DNA of 64,000 nt, taken from Penicillus capitatus (Eukaryota > Plantae > Chlorophyta). Positions 36,850 to 50,306 of this stretch are shown here, one piece after another. Within the stretch, counting starts at the first letter, position 1; every line of letters starts with the position of its first letter. Under the pieces are notes generated by a model. The model was not told the DNA's origin and searched no databases. It saw only the letters and a list, made by a program, of their open reading frames with translations. The stretch is taken from NCBI GenBank assembly GCA_965649825.1, contig OZ287706.1:806001-870000 (forward strand). Reading direction: 5' to 3'. The translations under genes and the position numbers were made by a program.

Positions 36850-38188
36850 TCATGGTGGCAGATCCATGATAGAAATTTGCAATGCTATTTGGCCAGTGAT
36901 AAAACGATCGTGGAGATCCTCTTTCCGAGAAGATCCCAAAAAGAACCAACGGAGATGCTGTCCCGGTCCAAAACGGTACAGATCCCTTGCCCGAATCAAA
37001 ATTTGGCCCATGAAATCATCGTTCCTAACGAAATGGTGATGGAACACATCAATCCTGAGGCTTTCCGTCTCATTACCTGATAGATTTCCCAGATCGAACA
37101 TGAGCTCAGTGTTCCATTTCGGTGCCAGTGTTCTTCTTTTCCGCAAGGATCGTATCTTCTTGCCCATGAAAGTCACGACAAAATAGGGATGGGTGAAACG
37201 CGTTTTAAGGATCGACGAATGCTGTTTTGCTGCCAATCCCGTCCCTTGCAGCACTCGAATGTGTACGCGTCGTTGAAGGGAAACGGCTGAGGATTCGTGT
37301 CGGAAGCACATCAGATTTGTGGGATTCTACAAAGCAGAGACATCAGCGAGGCGATCGATTGGTGTATTGACTTCTTTCTACCTTTAGAATGGAATCAAGG
37401 GTGTGTCCGGTACAGGGTATGCCCAGACTGCGATAGTGCCAGTTGCTGCTTTCGTGTGAAAGCAACACGATGAAAGCGGCATGACCCGTGAGTCGGTTCA
37501 GTTCAAAACTCCAGATCTTATCGATCAGATCGACAGAATCGCGACCATGAAAGCTGAGATGCGCGATTCCATCTTTGATCTACAATCGACCGTCTGATGC
37601 GTTTCCGATCGGAAGTGGAAAAAACGAACTTGTGAAAGCGAAGTTTTTCCATCGGAGATGTGAATGACAAAAGCAATATACCAGATGTGATGATGAATCG
37701 ATGACAGTTTCATGTAAATTCTCTCGCCCGCCTTGCCGTTTCTTTGCCGTTTTCCCTCTGCTTGGTGATGTACATCTCCATACACACTGTTGCGATGCGC
37801 CACGCTGATTGATTCTTTAAAACTGTAATTGCGACGAAACATCACGGCGGAGAGATGCACATCCGGATCGCTGAAAGAGAGAGTCTTGTCATGGATGAAG
37901 GATGGCGGCACTGACTGACCTCTGATGAGATAGACAAACGCATACGTCTTCTACAGACAAAGGAATGGCATTCGGCATCCATTTGGACCTCTCCCACTCT
38001 GCATCGCATATCATGTGCTGCTCTGCTCGACCGTTTTTGCAATGAACTGTACACCAAGCTTTAGTGGGAAGCACGATTTGACGAACATGGATCGTCACTT
38101 GAGATCTGTCCCGTGCGAGATGAAGTCGAGGGGCATCGGAATGGATTTGCGCGATAGAGGTGTGACATCTTGTGTCCTTTCGCGGCAT
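36850..38188 (-). CDS. TerD-like + C2 domain protein, copy 2 (degenerate TerD)
   Basis: IPLSVEDVCVCLS, DVHLSAVMF, GERIYMKLSSIHHHIWYIAFVI; C2 exon RVHIRVLQGTGLAAK..HPYFVV..TLAPKWN..DVFHHHFVRNDDFMG. Confidence 0.7.
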
Positions 38189-39547
38189 CTGATTTGAACC
38201 GTGTTCTCTCGACAAGGACTTGGTTAATGGATCGGCGATGCATTGTCGGGCGGAGAGTCAAAAAACAATGCACAGGTTTGCGACATGCGTGCCGGAATAT
38301 AACGGATGTCCGTCACTCTCACTTACGTTTACGTGATAAGATGTCATCATGACGATGCGATAAGTAACTTTTGGACATGGTTGTTCAATAGATGGTGCAC
38401 ATGTAGCAACTGTCCAAACACATTGAGCGTGAATAAATCGATCTTCCGAACGCGAAACATGTAAGGAACGAAGGAATCTTCGGTGACTGTCATATCGTCT
38501 GCAGGTGAGACAAATTCGATTGTCAAAGATAGCTCTGCACGTGCGAATGGGGATGCTCGCTCGCTAGAGAATGCAAGAAGATATAGTGATAGTTTCCGGC
38601 TGCTAGACTTTACTTGGTTATCGCGGTACCTGAACTGCCGTCTGTTCGATTGGTGAACGTGTTGTGAAGTTGATGTAGGAATGGCAATAGGCGTAGTAGA
38701 CTGCTTCAAGCTAGAAAGGAAAAGCCAGAACGCCTTGCATGATGGATGGAGGCACATGTGTCCTATAGAAATCGAGAAATCGTCGGCGGTGGAAGATGGG
38801 CTGAACACTGACGAACGGATGCCGCATGAAGAATGCATGATGATACGCCCCGCATCTCGAAAAAAGATGCTGACCATGACCCGCTTAACAAAGTGTCGGA
38901 GAGAGTATCCGGATCCAGCCGAGGGGGAATGGATGGATGCAACTTCTGCCGTTCTATTTTGATTCCGACACCAGATGGCGACGGCGAATAGGGAATGATA
39001 GAACAGATTCAAAAGTAAACGCCTGCAATCGTGTGATGCACCTTGAAGCTGTCGTTTCTTCCTCCATCTCACGCATCAAGACCGTCCTCGCTACGAGCTC
39101 CGCGTTTGAATTCCATGGCTTTTGCGTGGAGCTACGATAAGCATCAGAAAGACAAATTAACAACTGTATACGACTCACACAGATCCTGGGAACTTGATCT
39201 CATGCTTAGTGTCTAATACTGACTGACATTAAAGACATTCTTGACATCAAGTGAAACCCAGATAGGCTTGAAGGTGAAAAATGAGAAAATGTCCGCTTGG
39301 CAGCTGCCCAAAAAAGAACATCCGGACATCAGACTCAACCTAGGAATAATGAGTAGAATGTGAAGGCCAAGGAGGTGCTGGTGTGGTTTTGTTAAACACA
39401 TTAATGCTGACAACAATGGATCAGACAACAAATAAGACATGAGAATAATTGATTCCTTCTGGACAAATCTGACAGCAAAAAAAAAACTCAAAGCAGGTAC
39501 ATTTCGGGCAGACTCGAGAACAGAAAGAGTGAGATTCTAGTAGGATG

Positions 39548-40804
39548 CTAAAACTTGTAGATGATCTCCACCATGTGGCCGGTGTATCCGCGAGAGTAGC
39601 ATGCGATCATTGCTCTGTTGACCACCACGCAGGAAGGCTTTTCGATAAGAGACTGGGCCGAAGAAACCCACTCGGACCACGAGTCGCCATCAAAAGACTT
39701 GTGCATGAGGGCACGATCTGCTCCGATCAGGAAACAGTGCAAACTCTCTTCCATTGCCAGACACTCTGGAGAGGAAATAAAATTGCCACCAAGATCTTCC
39801 CAGTCCTCCCACTTCTCTTCAATCATAACCCTGTGCATCAGCTGATTGTTTTTGCCAAGTACGAACACGTCGAGGCGATCCGAGTCCAGGCTTGTCACGG
39901 AGATACGGTTTTTGCCCATTCCACCCAGCGTCTTCTCTGAATTGCCCACTCCGCCAAAGAGCCACTGCTGACTTGTGACCTGATTGTCAGCATCCAGCAC
40001 AAAACACTCGTCAGCATCGCCATCTTCACGTTCAAGGCATGTCGGTGCTGTTGCCATTGATTCCATGTGAAGATGTTTTGGTGTATCCCAACCACCATAG
40101 CGTGAGCTCTCGACGGACCACAGTGAGTTGTGCATGTCTCTGTAGAAGCACGTCACCCTGCCACTGCGGCGCATGAACGTCGAAGGCACCTCCAGAGCAA
40201 CGGCATTCGCAATCGGCACCCAATCAGACCATCCATCACCCTTTGCCATCCGACCCATCAAATGATTAGACTGGTTCAGAGCCACAAGCATGAACTTTCG
40301 CGCGGAGACGCCCACGGCGACGACCTCATCTCGAACTTTTCCTACGGTATCTACAGATTTCTGCGGCTCTCCATTCATGATGGTCTTCTGATATACTGTC
40401 TGCGTTTCGGCATTAACATAAAAACAGTCCACCCGGTTTCTCTTGTAAGAGACGCACGACGGAGGTGACGAGAGAATATCGCCAACGATAAGCTTGCACG
40501 AGACCACAGAGTTGTCTTCCGCTACGTTGAGAAATGCGGGGCGGGCGCGAGTCAGGGGCATGTACGCATTCGTCAGCGACATAGACTCGAGAGTACACGG
40601 GCAACATTCGACTTCGTCAAGCATTCTGCTCATTTTTCGCGGCTTTCCCGTGCAAGGACAACAGAGCCCATGTAAATCCGGCACTTTGAAAACGTCGATC
40701 TTCCATTCGTCGGCGATATCGATTCCGTGAACGAAGGAAAAAACGAGAAAAAGAAGTAAAACGGTGTTTCTGCCTGGAGATAAAACGTTTCGCGAGGGAC
40801 TCAT
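39548..40804 (-). CDS. Secreted PLL/DUF346-like beta-propeller protein, copy 2, intronless
   Basis: Aligns by eye along its whole length with copy 1 (CCPC x2, SSPPSCVSYK, WEDWEDLGG, CYSRGYTGHMVEI). Confidence 0.75.
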   Translation of the reverse strand: MSPSRNVLSPGRNTVLLLFLVFSFVHGIDIADEWKIDVFKVPDLHGLCCPCTGKPRKMSRMLDEVECCPCTLESMSLTNAYMPLTRARPAFLNVAEDNSVVSCKLIVGDILSSPPSCVSYKRNRVDCFYVNAETQTVYQKTIMNGEPQKSVDTVGKVRDEVVAVGVSARKFMLVALNQSNHLMGRMAKGDGWSDWVPIANAVALEVPSTFMRRSGRVTCFYRDMHNSLWSVESSRYGGWDTPKHLHMESMATAPTCLEREDGDADECFVLDADNQVTSQQWLFGGVGNSEKTLGGMGKNRISVTSLDSDRLDVFVLGKNNQLMHRVMIEEKWEDWEDLGGNFISSPECLAMEESLHCFLIGADRALMHKSFDGDSWSEWVSSAQSLIEKPSCVVVNRAMIACYSRGYTGHMVEIIYKF

Positions 40805-41099
40805 CTTTGCTTTGTGTATAAGTCGAGAGGTGTATGGTTCGTGAATTGAATCTTGACCGAACGCGAAAACGAATTGAGATTGAAACGCTACGACCGGTCC
40901 GTCTTCTGATTGGTTATTAAGGGATCCATCTAGACACGGCACGTATTGTTCCGTCTGCGTCCGGCCCCGGAAAAAGTACTCCCGAAACCGTTTTAGGAGG
41001 TCGCGGGGGTTTACGTAGCTACGGCGTCATGATTTCTTCGCAATGGAAGGCTTCGGAAAACGGCGTCGAAAGGAAAGTAGCAGTTTCAAGGCAGTTGCA

Positions 41100-41595
41100 C
41101 AAATACCCGTCGGAACCTTTCCTGTCGAACTTCAACCGCGTTAAAGCCTATCTTCCGTTGAGGACGCGTCCGAGGCACGACGCCTCCATTACGTGAAGAG
41201 CCAATGGATTCTCCAAACTGTCATCCTAATGAAAATTCTGTGAAACACGATACCATTGGGTGCCGGTGACACTGTGCTTGGAATCGAAGAGCATAGATAC
41301 ACTACTAAGCACATAAACGAAAGACAGAGAAGTCCAATGCAAAACGCGTGTTGTTTCCTAGAAATGCATATTGGTGCAGGTATCCAATTCCAGACATGCA
41401 GCCGAAGCGGGTTTTGCATAATATCTGGAGACTGTCTGGCTCTCTGCGGCGAAGCCTGTCGTTGAGCCGACGCAAAATTTCGGAAGCAGGCATCGACTGG
41501 ATCAATACGGAGAGGCCAATCGTGTCTGGGGGAGACTCAGAGTGGAAGCGTGTGTCTGTACGGTAAACAACAGTAACAGCTACGGGAGGTGCCAT
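41100..41595 (-). pseudogene. Decayed CMGC-type protein kinase fragment
   Basis: Motif remnants in kinase order across a frameshift: VLIQSMP..MSGIGYLH, RVLH, VTGTQWYRVS, ASCLGRVLNGR*; contains stops. Confidence 0.4.
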
Positions 41596-44500
41596 CAGTG
41601 GATTCTGCTCTCATGTACCTCGAAAGTAGATTCTCTGCCTGCCTCTTGTATATCGTTCTTATCGAATGTCTGCATGACGTCCAATCTATCGACAACGGAC
41701 TCGGATTTGGGCAAATAGGATGGGCTACAACAATTTAGAGGCGGCAGTGAATTCAAGCATTCGGATGGAGATGTCACACGTGTCCACGCACACCCTTGAG
41801 TACTACTCTGTTTGATCGTCATATAAAATTCCTCGTCATCTGGCGCGACAAGGCGCTTTCTCGATCGTCTCTCCAACTTGTCCACACAACGAAAGTCATC
41901 ATACGAAGCTCGATCAAACTACATCCCATGATACGTCGTCTCCTCAGTTGATCTTAAAGCGGCTTGATCCACTCACTGAAGTTTGGGCATAGATCTCAGA
42001 GTACGTTAGACACCCAAATATGCGGTGCAATTGCGTTGTCTACGTCGTCACTGGCTAACGCTGTCATTATTGAGCAAGGTACGGCGTCAAATGGAACCGA
42101 GCGCACTCTGTCGCCAAGATTTGGTTTGGCGATGGGACTGCCTTGTTTCTGATGGGTCCACATTCTGGGGGTGCTGGTTGAATCACCTGAGGCCCTTGTC
42201 TCTGGTTCTTATGCTAGGGTGATTCACCTGCCTAGTCGAGTCGCGTCACCATGCGGGTATTTAAGGGCAACACTGAACCATTGGACCTTGCTCCAACAGT
42301 TGTAAAGTCTTCCGCTGATTGTCTGTTTTCGTCCGACCCGACCGCCGACACACTCAATGCCGGATCGCAGAAATACGAGCCTTGTCTTCGCGTTCTGAGT
42401 TTTCGGAAACACGAGCTTCGAATAAGTTGCTGAAGTGTGGTGTCACGAGTTTTAGCGTTTAAGATCTCTTATAATGCCGTCATTGGCTTAATTTACGACA
42501 TGCACTAAGACGGCCCAGAATTGCCTTCATAGGATCAACAAACAATCCAAAAGCCAATTTCTACTCCGTGAGTAAAACGCAGTGCTTCCATCGTCTCTTC
42601 GTTGCCTCTATCTAAACCGAACAAACAGTCCTTAAGCTTGAAATCGTGGTACACGAAAGAATCCTGATGCGCTGCCCATAACCGAAAAAATCGACCGATC
42701 ATCTGATATCTTGCAAGTCGTCTCTATCGTACCAGGTTGCACGCTTTGCAGACTGCGCTGGGTACGTGATTAGGAGGATTTGAAAACTCCTAGATCAATT
42801 GTGATGTGGACCTCTTCACTGAGTTTCCGCATCCAAAGCATGGGAGAGAGAACTCCTCGTTTTGTTCACTGACATATGGGCGACGATTCCGGACTTGCAC
42901 ATCATTTCTAAGCTTTCCAATGCTTTCGTTCGATTTGTGCCCTTCAACGGATAGATGTGACCATGGTTGGTTTTAAGAATCTCAAACACAGGCATTACAC
43001 ATATAATTTGTTTTGCTTCCATAAAAAGGGACTTGCTGTCGGAACTCGGCATAAAACGGGGGGCCTCGAAGTTCTCCGAATAACGCTGTAAACTCCCTCA
43101 TGGTGTGGGACCATGGGAGTCGCATCGGCGACGAGGAAGGATAAGGGGACGTCGTTATATGGTAGACGAGGTTGAAGAGACGTTTCAACAAATGAATAAC
43201 CAAGACGCTACGAGGGATTGTGGTTGGAACTTCTTAGTTTGAGACTATTCACAGCGCAGCTCACCGATGGCAGATGCGAAGCGCGCTCGATCGAATGACA
43301 ACGCCTAGCTTAGCGCTCAGCTAAAAACGGCTACAAGCCAACTATGGAGATTGTCTCCTCGTACATAACCTTGAATCTATCTGCCTTCCCTTTGGGAGCC
43401 GCTAGAACCTTCATTCTCGAAACAAGGTCATAATCTCGCGCAAAATATTGTACACTAAGAGCTTCACTCTCTTCTTAACCGAGATTAAAGGCGACCTGTT
43501 GGGATCGTGTAAACAACGTTAATAACTTGGAGTCGAAAGAAACTCGCGACGACGACGCAAACGAACGCTCAGACGATAGCAGAGGAATACGAGATATTCT
43601 ACACGGGAAATGTCGCCCTTAAATACACAGGTGGTAAAGGTTTCCTAACCTTGGGTTCTAACAGTTGTGAACTTATGCGCGAGGTCACCCTACCATATTC
43701 TTATCGTTATGTGGAAGTTGCGACGAGGTTCTTCATCCGTCGCACTCCATGGCTCGGAGGCTCCTGGATGGTTATTAGGCACGCGCAACAGTAGTTATGG
43801 CTGTCGGCGGCGATTCGCACGCTATCTTCCAACACTACCTACCATAAAACTCCAGTTAACTGCAAGATCGACATTAGACCCCTAAGTACGTCGCCTTCGA
43901 TCATGAAGAACTATCAGTCACAAAAAGATATCACCATCGGTCTCGTTTCACCGGTTCCTGGAATCCCACGCTTTCGATAGTGGGGAAAACCGTTTGGATT
44001 CTTCTCCTCTTACGTGTCGTCGCCAGAACCTGTGCTCGACCATCTTTCACAGCGCTTCATCTTCTACAGCTATGAATGCTTTCGAAGCCACGTCCAGAGT
44101 CTTGCAGAGACCGGTCTCTGTCAACTTAGTATTATCCAGTCGTGCCTATGAATCTTCTGGTTCTTGAATTGGAGGAGCGTGTCCTGAGTTTGTTCCCCTC
44201 CACGAGCTGCCCGTGCTAAGGCGTCTACGGATTTTGTCCTCGTTCTTCCATTCTTTTCTGCAGTGGATTTTTTCTTTAAGTCTTTTTCTCAAGGTAGGAA
44301 GTGGGGGTGGTGAGAACAGCTCTAAGAAAACGATTGACGGCATTCTAACATTCTACTATTTGGATGTTTTACGAGAACTGTTCGTTGTCTGGCCATTAGA
44401 GAAGGCTCTGGTTTCCTTCGCTGTTTCCAAATAAGCGCTGCCAGTTTTTACTGACTTCTCCATTCGCTGGTTCGATGTCGTAGGGGATCTGTTTGTTGTA

Positions 44501-45492
44501 TCTACTATGATCACATGATCTCCATCGCAAACCTGGCTCCCAATAGCATTCATCTATTCGACGAGCTTTGCTGAGCACGTATCATCCCTTGCTTGTCTTT
44601 TGACGTTGTTGCTTTTAGTATCTTCTACGATTATTAGCCTCTTCCCTTTTGAGCCACCACCAGTGCGTTCTTTGAGCATGCCTCCAAGAACTCGCGATTG
44701 AACCCATTGAATCATTGTACTCAGCGAATTAATTTCTGAAACTAGGAAATGGAACTCGGAATGCACTCGATAATGAAGAGAACGTAGAAAACATCACTAA
44801 AGAGTAGTTGGATCACCTACCTGTTTGCAAAACAATGGCACAGAAGGATGACTGGTCTTCTCAAGGAAAGAGACATGTAGACTTTCGATTCAAAAAGTTA
44901 GTTGATTGTGTGTTTGTCAGATTCTGCTCCCGCGCCAATTCGGAAGGAATTGGAGCTAACAGCTGATCTTCTTCAAAGAACATAGACTATGCATGCACTC
45001 GGGTTTTTCCTTGTCAGACCGAAACGGAATGAGTTGTGTCTGAAATCGACCATGATGTCCCTTCCTTCGCCTCACGGGCCATAAGGCTTTTACCAGCTGT
45101 GCCAGTATGAATTCTTATTCCTCGCAGACCACCATGAGCAACTCTGTTAAATCAATACTAAACATCTGTTTGCGTCATCTTTCGTTACCTGAATTCGAGC
45201 TTTTTGTTGCTCCGATCCCGAAAGCGGATGTATCCAACGAGGATGATATGTTGACATTGTTGTTCACTCATCTATTGTTGTTCGCGCGCTCTGTACGAGA
45301 TCATTCGACACATTCAGAACACCGCAACTAACAATGGGTTTTGTATGATTACAAGAGCAATACAGGCGAACTCCCAGCCAGTTCGTTGAAAAGAAAGAAT
45401 GCATGCCGACTTCACACGCAACCAATAAGAGATAGATGATAACAGCGATAATGGATGGACAAATGTATGTGACAGAAGTGATCGATGTGTAC

Positions 45493-46767
45493 TCAGACAC
45501 TGTACACCATTTCAATCATGTGACCGGTATATCCGCGTGCGTAACATACGATCGTTTCATCACCCGACGCCACACACGATGGCTTTTCAATCTGGGCATA
45601 CGAAGAAGAGGCCCATTCCGACCAGGACGATCCATCAAACGCCTTGTGCATGAGTGTGCGATCCACGCCAATCAGAAAGCAGTGGATCGCCTCCTCTCTG
45701 ACAGCGACGCATTCTGGAGCGGAAACAAAGTTACCGCCAAGATCTTCCCATTCCTCCCATTCCTCTTCTACCAATGCTCGATGCATGAGCTGACTGTTTG
45801 CGCCGAGAACGAAGATGTCGACGCGGTCGTAGCTCCAGCTCACGACAGAGATGCGTTGTTTGCCCAGTCCGTCGAGTCTAGGCTGCAGTATCCACTCTCC
45901 TCCAAAAATCCACTGCTGATGTGCGATGGAATTATCATCTGCCAGTACAAAACACTCCTCGATGTCATCGTCTCCGCGTTCCAGACACGTCGGAGGCGAT
46001 GTCATGAATTCCATCTCGAGCTTCTTTGGAAGACTCCAAACGCCGAATCGCGATCGATCCACATACCACAACGTATTGTCCAGCGTTCTATAGAAACAGG
46101 TCACGCCTCCACTGGTACGCATGAACACAGCTGGCACTTCTAGCGCTGTGACATCTTGGACAGCAATCCAATCGGTCCATCTGCCTCCTCGCATCATTTT
46201 GCTGATCAAATGATTGGACTGGTTTAACGCAACGAGCGTAGATTTGTTCTCGGAGACACCCACCGAAACCACTTCGTCACGGATCTTTCCTTTCAGGTCG
46301 ACGGAGTTCTGTGGTCTATTATCATCTGTCATCGTTTTTTGATGGATCGTTTGCGTCTCGGCGTTCACGTAAAAACAGTCGATGCGTCCTTTTTTGTAAG
46401 AGACGCACGACGGCGGTGACAAGAGAAGGTCGCCGGCGATGAGGCTGCACGACTTCGCGGACATATCTTCTTTCGCGTTGCGGTAATGGCCGTGGAGAAA
46501 AGGCACCAGAGGAATTCTGCCGTGTTCCGACACGAACGGACACGGACAACAGTCTTCGGCACCGAGTCCTCTTTCCGAATCGTCTCTGGACTCCGGAAAG
46601 CAAGAACAGCAGTGTCTCTGCGTCGTTGAGCCATGTCCAGTCGGTGTCTCTGTTTCATAGAAGGCAATCTTCGACGAGTCGGCGGCGAGTGCGGAGACGA
46701 GTGTGCAGAGGAAGAAGACGGCGACCATCATTTGGTTGTCTCCGGGGCGTGTGGGCCTCGTCCACAT
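45493..46767 (-). CDS. Secreted PLL/DUF346-like beta-propeller protein, copy 3, intronless
   Basis: Signal peptide, CCSC..CCPC, and the same blade repeats and C-terminus (CYARGYTGHMIEMVY). Confidence 0.75.
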   Translation of the reverse strand: MWTRPTRPGDNQMMVAVFFLCTLVSALAADSSKIAFYETETPTGHGSTTQRHCCSCFPESRDDSERGLGAEDCCPCPFVSEHGRIPLVPFLHGHYRNAKEDMSAKSCSLIAGDLLLSPPSCVSYKKGRIDCFYVNAETQTIHQKTMTDDNRPQNSVDLKGKIRDEVVSVGVSENKSTLVALNQSNHLISKMMRGGRWTDWIAVQDVTALEVPAVFMRTSGGVTCFYRTLDNTLWYVDRSRFGVWSLPKKLEMEFMTSPPTCLERGDDDIEECFVLADDNSIAHQQWIFGGEWILQPRLDGLGKQRISVVSWSYDRVDIFVLGANSQLMHRALVEEEWEEWEDLGGNFVSAPECVAVREEAIHCFLIGVDRTLMHKAFDGSSWSEWASSSYAQIEKPSCVASGDETIVCYARGYTGHMIEMVYSV

Positions 46768-47728
46768 CTTTGAACAGGTACTTACGTCGTCCAAAATGCA
46801 AATCCGCCCCGTTGGCGAATCTATTTACTACGTCCTTCGGAACGGTTCGATGCCAATTGGCTACGGTCGAACGTGGTATTTCGTCTGAACTCGATGCTCC
46901 CGCGGCCCGCGGCCTGAGAGCACGTTATTGAATACGGTGCCGCACTTTCGGTAAACGCGGACGGAAGCGCGGTAGAAACTGGGTTTCGCGATGCCTCTTC
47001 TTCACTTTACGATGTGAAACTTTGGTTGTTGCTTAACTGCGATGTAGGCTCTGCTCTTCTCAAACGCACGTACTTGCATCAGTTTCACGCTGAGATTCTT
47101 CTATTGGTCGCTATGTTAGCTGCAGGGGATGGCACTGATGGCAGCCCATAGCGAGGCTGGTCGGAAGCTCTCCTTATCCGTCGCTATTGCTTGATTGCCG
47201 GAGGGCCTAAGAACCTGTTTCGGGAGAAAGCAACTTCTTAAGTGTGGAAAAAGTGACATGTAGCGTATCTGTGCTGTATGGGATCGAGATGAGGAATGCG
47301 ATACTCGTTTTGCTGTAAGCTCTAGATGGTCTCTGTCAAAGTGTGAGAAGGTGTGTGACATCGGGAATCTCTTTGATGACCGAGCGTCGATGATATCAAG
47401 CATTGTCTTATTAAAAACCTTCTGTCAAACGATTGTTTTGCTTTCTAGAGAACCTTATCGCTTGCTGCGCACGTCTCGTACGCGACACTTTGTTATCGCA
47501 ATCATTGCGAGGGATCAGTTGTGGACACTTACGTTAAGAAGAAGCAGAAAACAGAGTTCTCGTTCTCTTACAAAAAACTCCGTTTGAAGATCTGGTCATC
47601 TTGTCATGTCGTACATTTTATCTGTCTCTATCCGTCATATCAACGATTTTACAGGAGGGTCGAAGACTCGTGCCGCGCCGAGTGATAAAGAACGTATCGT
47701 CATCAACCGCAGATCCACTCCGAAATTC

Positions 47729-48956
47729 ATGCAAAGAGCGATACCCGTGCAAAACTCCGCACGCGTCGCCTTCGTGACGCTTGTTCCACCCCTGTCTACG
47801 GGGCAACGACATCGCATAGCGTTATCGCAGTGGACTGGCCGCACTCACCCTCATCCTGCCAAACATTGTTATAGTATCTCGGAGTCGAGCGCGTCGGATC
47901 AGCTCGGGACGACGCCGGAAATGGAGGACACGACGCTTGGGGAACTGTTAATTGTGGGTCCTGGCGTTCTCGGCTGTTTCTTGGCAAAGCTTTGGATTGA
48001 AGGCGGAGGAAAGGTGACTGGACGCACCAACACCGTCAGCAACCATGCACGGTTCCCTTCGGCGATCTGTCAATCCTTCTGTCACTTGTGTGTACAGGCT
48101 AATGTCGATGGGCATTTCCCCCGAAACCTACGAATCGAAGACAACCTCGATGTTCTCTCATGTTGTCTACTGTGCGCCACCGAGTGGTGCTCCAGACTAC
48201 GCCGCTTCCGTTGCAGAGGCTGTTGCTTGTTGGGACGGAACAGGGTCTTTCATCTTTACATCTTCGACGGGAGTCTTCTCGCGAACGGAAGATATCACGG
48301 AAGACACGCCGACCATCGCACTGGGAGAGAATCCACGCATCGACCGACTGCTAAGAGCAGAGCAAACCGCCTTGGAAGTGAGTAGGGATGACCCATGGGT
48401 CAAGCAAGCCGTACTGTGTCTAGGCAGGAGGAAATGTAGTGCGCTTTGCTGGACTCTATCATTCGCTAAGGGGTCCGCACAGCGCTGTCATTTCCAAGGG
48501 AACCTGTAGCCGTCCGCCAAACTACCCTCTGTGTCTAATTCACTACCAAGATGCCGCTGCACTGGTATTCCAGGTCGCGGTGTTCTATCCGGCATCCAGG
48601 GCCTCTGAGTTTCGAGTGGTGTGCAAGGTGCTGTTGCGGGGGAAGGGATTTAGAAAGGAGATCTTTTTAGCGGTCGACAAGGAGACCATCTCCTTTCAGG
48701 TAACCGGATCATCCATCTTCTGTGGCCGTTGACGGCATAAATGCATCAGGACCTCGTCAATAAAGCGTTGGCTTCTGGGTTGTTCGATGGAGAGGTTCAG
48801 TTTGAAGCAGATCCCCTCGACCCAGTCCCTCGGCGAAGAATGGACAACACCAAGACGATCGAACGTCTGCAGGGTGCATGGTCACCCAAGTATTCATTTT
48901 CTTCACTCATGCATTCCGGAGGAGACGATTGGTACAAGACATCTGGTCTATGGTAG
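47729..48956 (+). CDS. Atypical SDR / NAD(P)-binding Rossmann-fold protein, probably plastid-targeted
   Basis: LLIVGPGVLG, VVYCAPPSG, WDGTGSFIFTSSTGVF, RLLRAE, VRFAGLY..RGPH, LIHYQDAA; multi-exon. Confidence 0.8.
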
Positions 48957-49448
48957 ACACTCTCTTGGTCATGTGCTTGCTTCATCCATGTCTTTTCCTA
49001 TCTTGGCGATTGCGGTCGTCGCAGTTTTGCAAAACGTCACATCACTTTAGCCTTTCTGTCAACAAGACTTCTTTTCTTGTGCCGTCAAAAGCGACATGGC
49101 AAAACCACGGCTTTCAAAGAAAGTCATCTATTCTGACGATGATATGACAGCTGTGTCATTTATCTTACCGCTTTGACGATGTACAGATTCAACCACTCAG
49201 GAACGCGTCCGTCCGATTCCAAGAATCAAAGAAGTGCTATCTCCTTCGCAGATCATTTCAAACGTTCAAAGAAAAGGAACACAACAGAACAGTAAGAATC
49301 CTGTCCGCGATCATGCATCCCGCATGACGATTCCTACACTATCGACACCGTGATCCCACTAATCCCCTTGACGGAGAAAACATTGCTTGCGCTTTTGATG
49401 GACTAGAAACGTCGACGTCCTTTCTGACAGTTCTCTTCCGCACTCCAT

Positions 49449-49949
49449 TTACTCATTCGTGTTATTCCAAATGCTCTTCTCGCTGACACCGGGATTTGTT
49501 AGCTCATACATAGGACCCTTCTCATGCATTCCGAGTCTGGTGTACGCCTCCTTAGCCGCCTTATTGCCATGATCCACGTAGAGCTTCAATGCAATGGCGC
49601 CTCGGCTTTTGGCCATCTCCCGAACATGACGAAACAACATCGTGTAGTAGCCATTTCTACGGTGTTCCGGTCTGACATAGACGCTCTGTATCCACCAAGC
49701 AGAGGCGTTGCGTTGAGGGACCCACTCTTGGTTGACCATGAGCTGTCCGACGATTTCCAGATTCTTCACAGCGACAAAGTACGTGCTGCCCAACGACGGA
49801 TTTATCAACGCATTTCGAACGCCGTTCGACGCTATATCGGGATCCAAAACGAGTGACTCCGTTTCTACTGCCATCGCAAGGTTGTGTTCTGCGATGATTG
49901 GCGCATCGTCTAGAACACCCTCGCGAACGTAAACATCTTCGACTGACAT
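49449..49949 (-). CDS. GNAT family N-acetyltransferase, copy 1, intronless
   Basis: VGQLMVNQEW..WWIQSVYVRPEHRRNGYY..LKLYVDHGN..AY..LGM. Confidence 0.9.
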   Translation of the reverse strand: MSVEDVYVREGVLDDAPIIAEHNLAMAVETESLVLDPDIASNGVRNALINPSLGSTYFVAVKNLEIVGQLMVNQEWVPQRNASAWWIQSVYVRPEHRRNGYYTMLFRHVREMAKSRGAIALKLYVDHGNKAAKEAYTRLGMHEKGPMYELTNPGVSEKSIWNNTNE

Positions 49950-50306
49950 CGTGGAAATTCGCTGAAGATGCACAAGCAAAGGAGTCGGTCATGCGTAAAA
50001 GCCCTTGATGTGACGTAGTGCTCGAACCAACAACCTTTTGCCGGCCCGCAAACAATCGACTCCACCTCACACAATTGGTGTTAAACTCTGCGTAACACGA
50101 TGCGTTCACTAGTTCTCTACACGTACTCAAGCACTCACAGCTTTCCGGCTCGTTCCCTAAGCGAAATGTCGTCCCGATCGATCAAACTCTTCTCCAATTG
50201 ACGAAGTTATTTCAACTAGAGATTCACTGCGATCTTGAAAATACGTCTGTCTGTGGTCAGACGGCACAAATCGTTGCCAGAAACTAACCCACTTTTTCAT
50301 TGCCTG

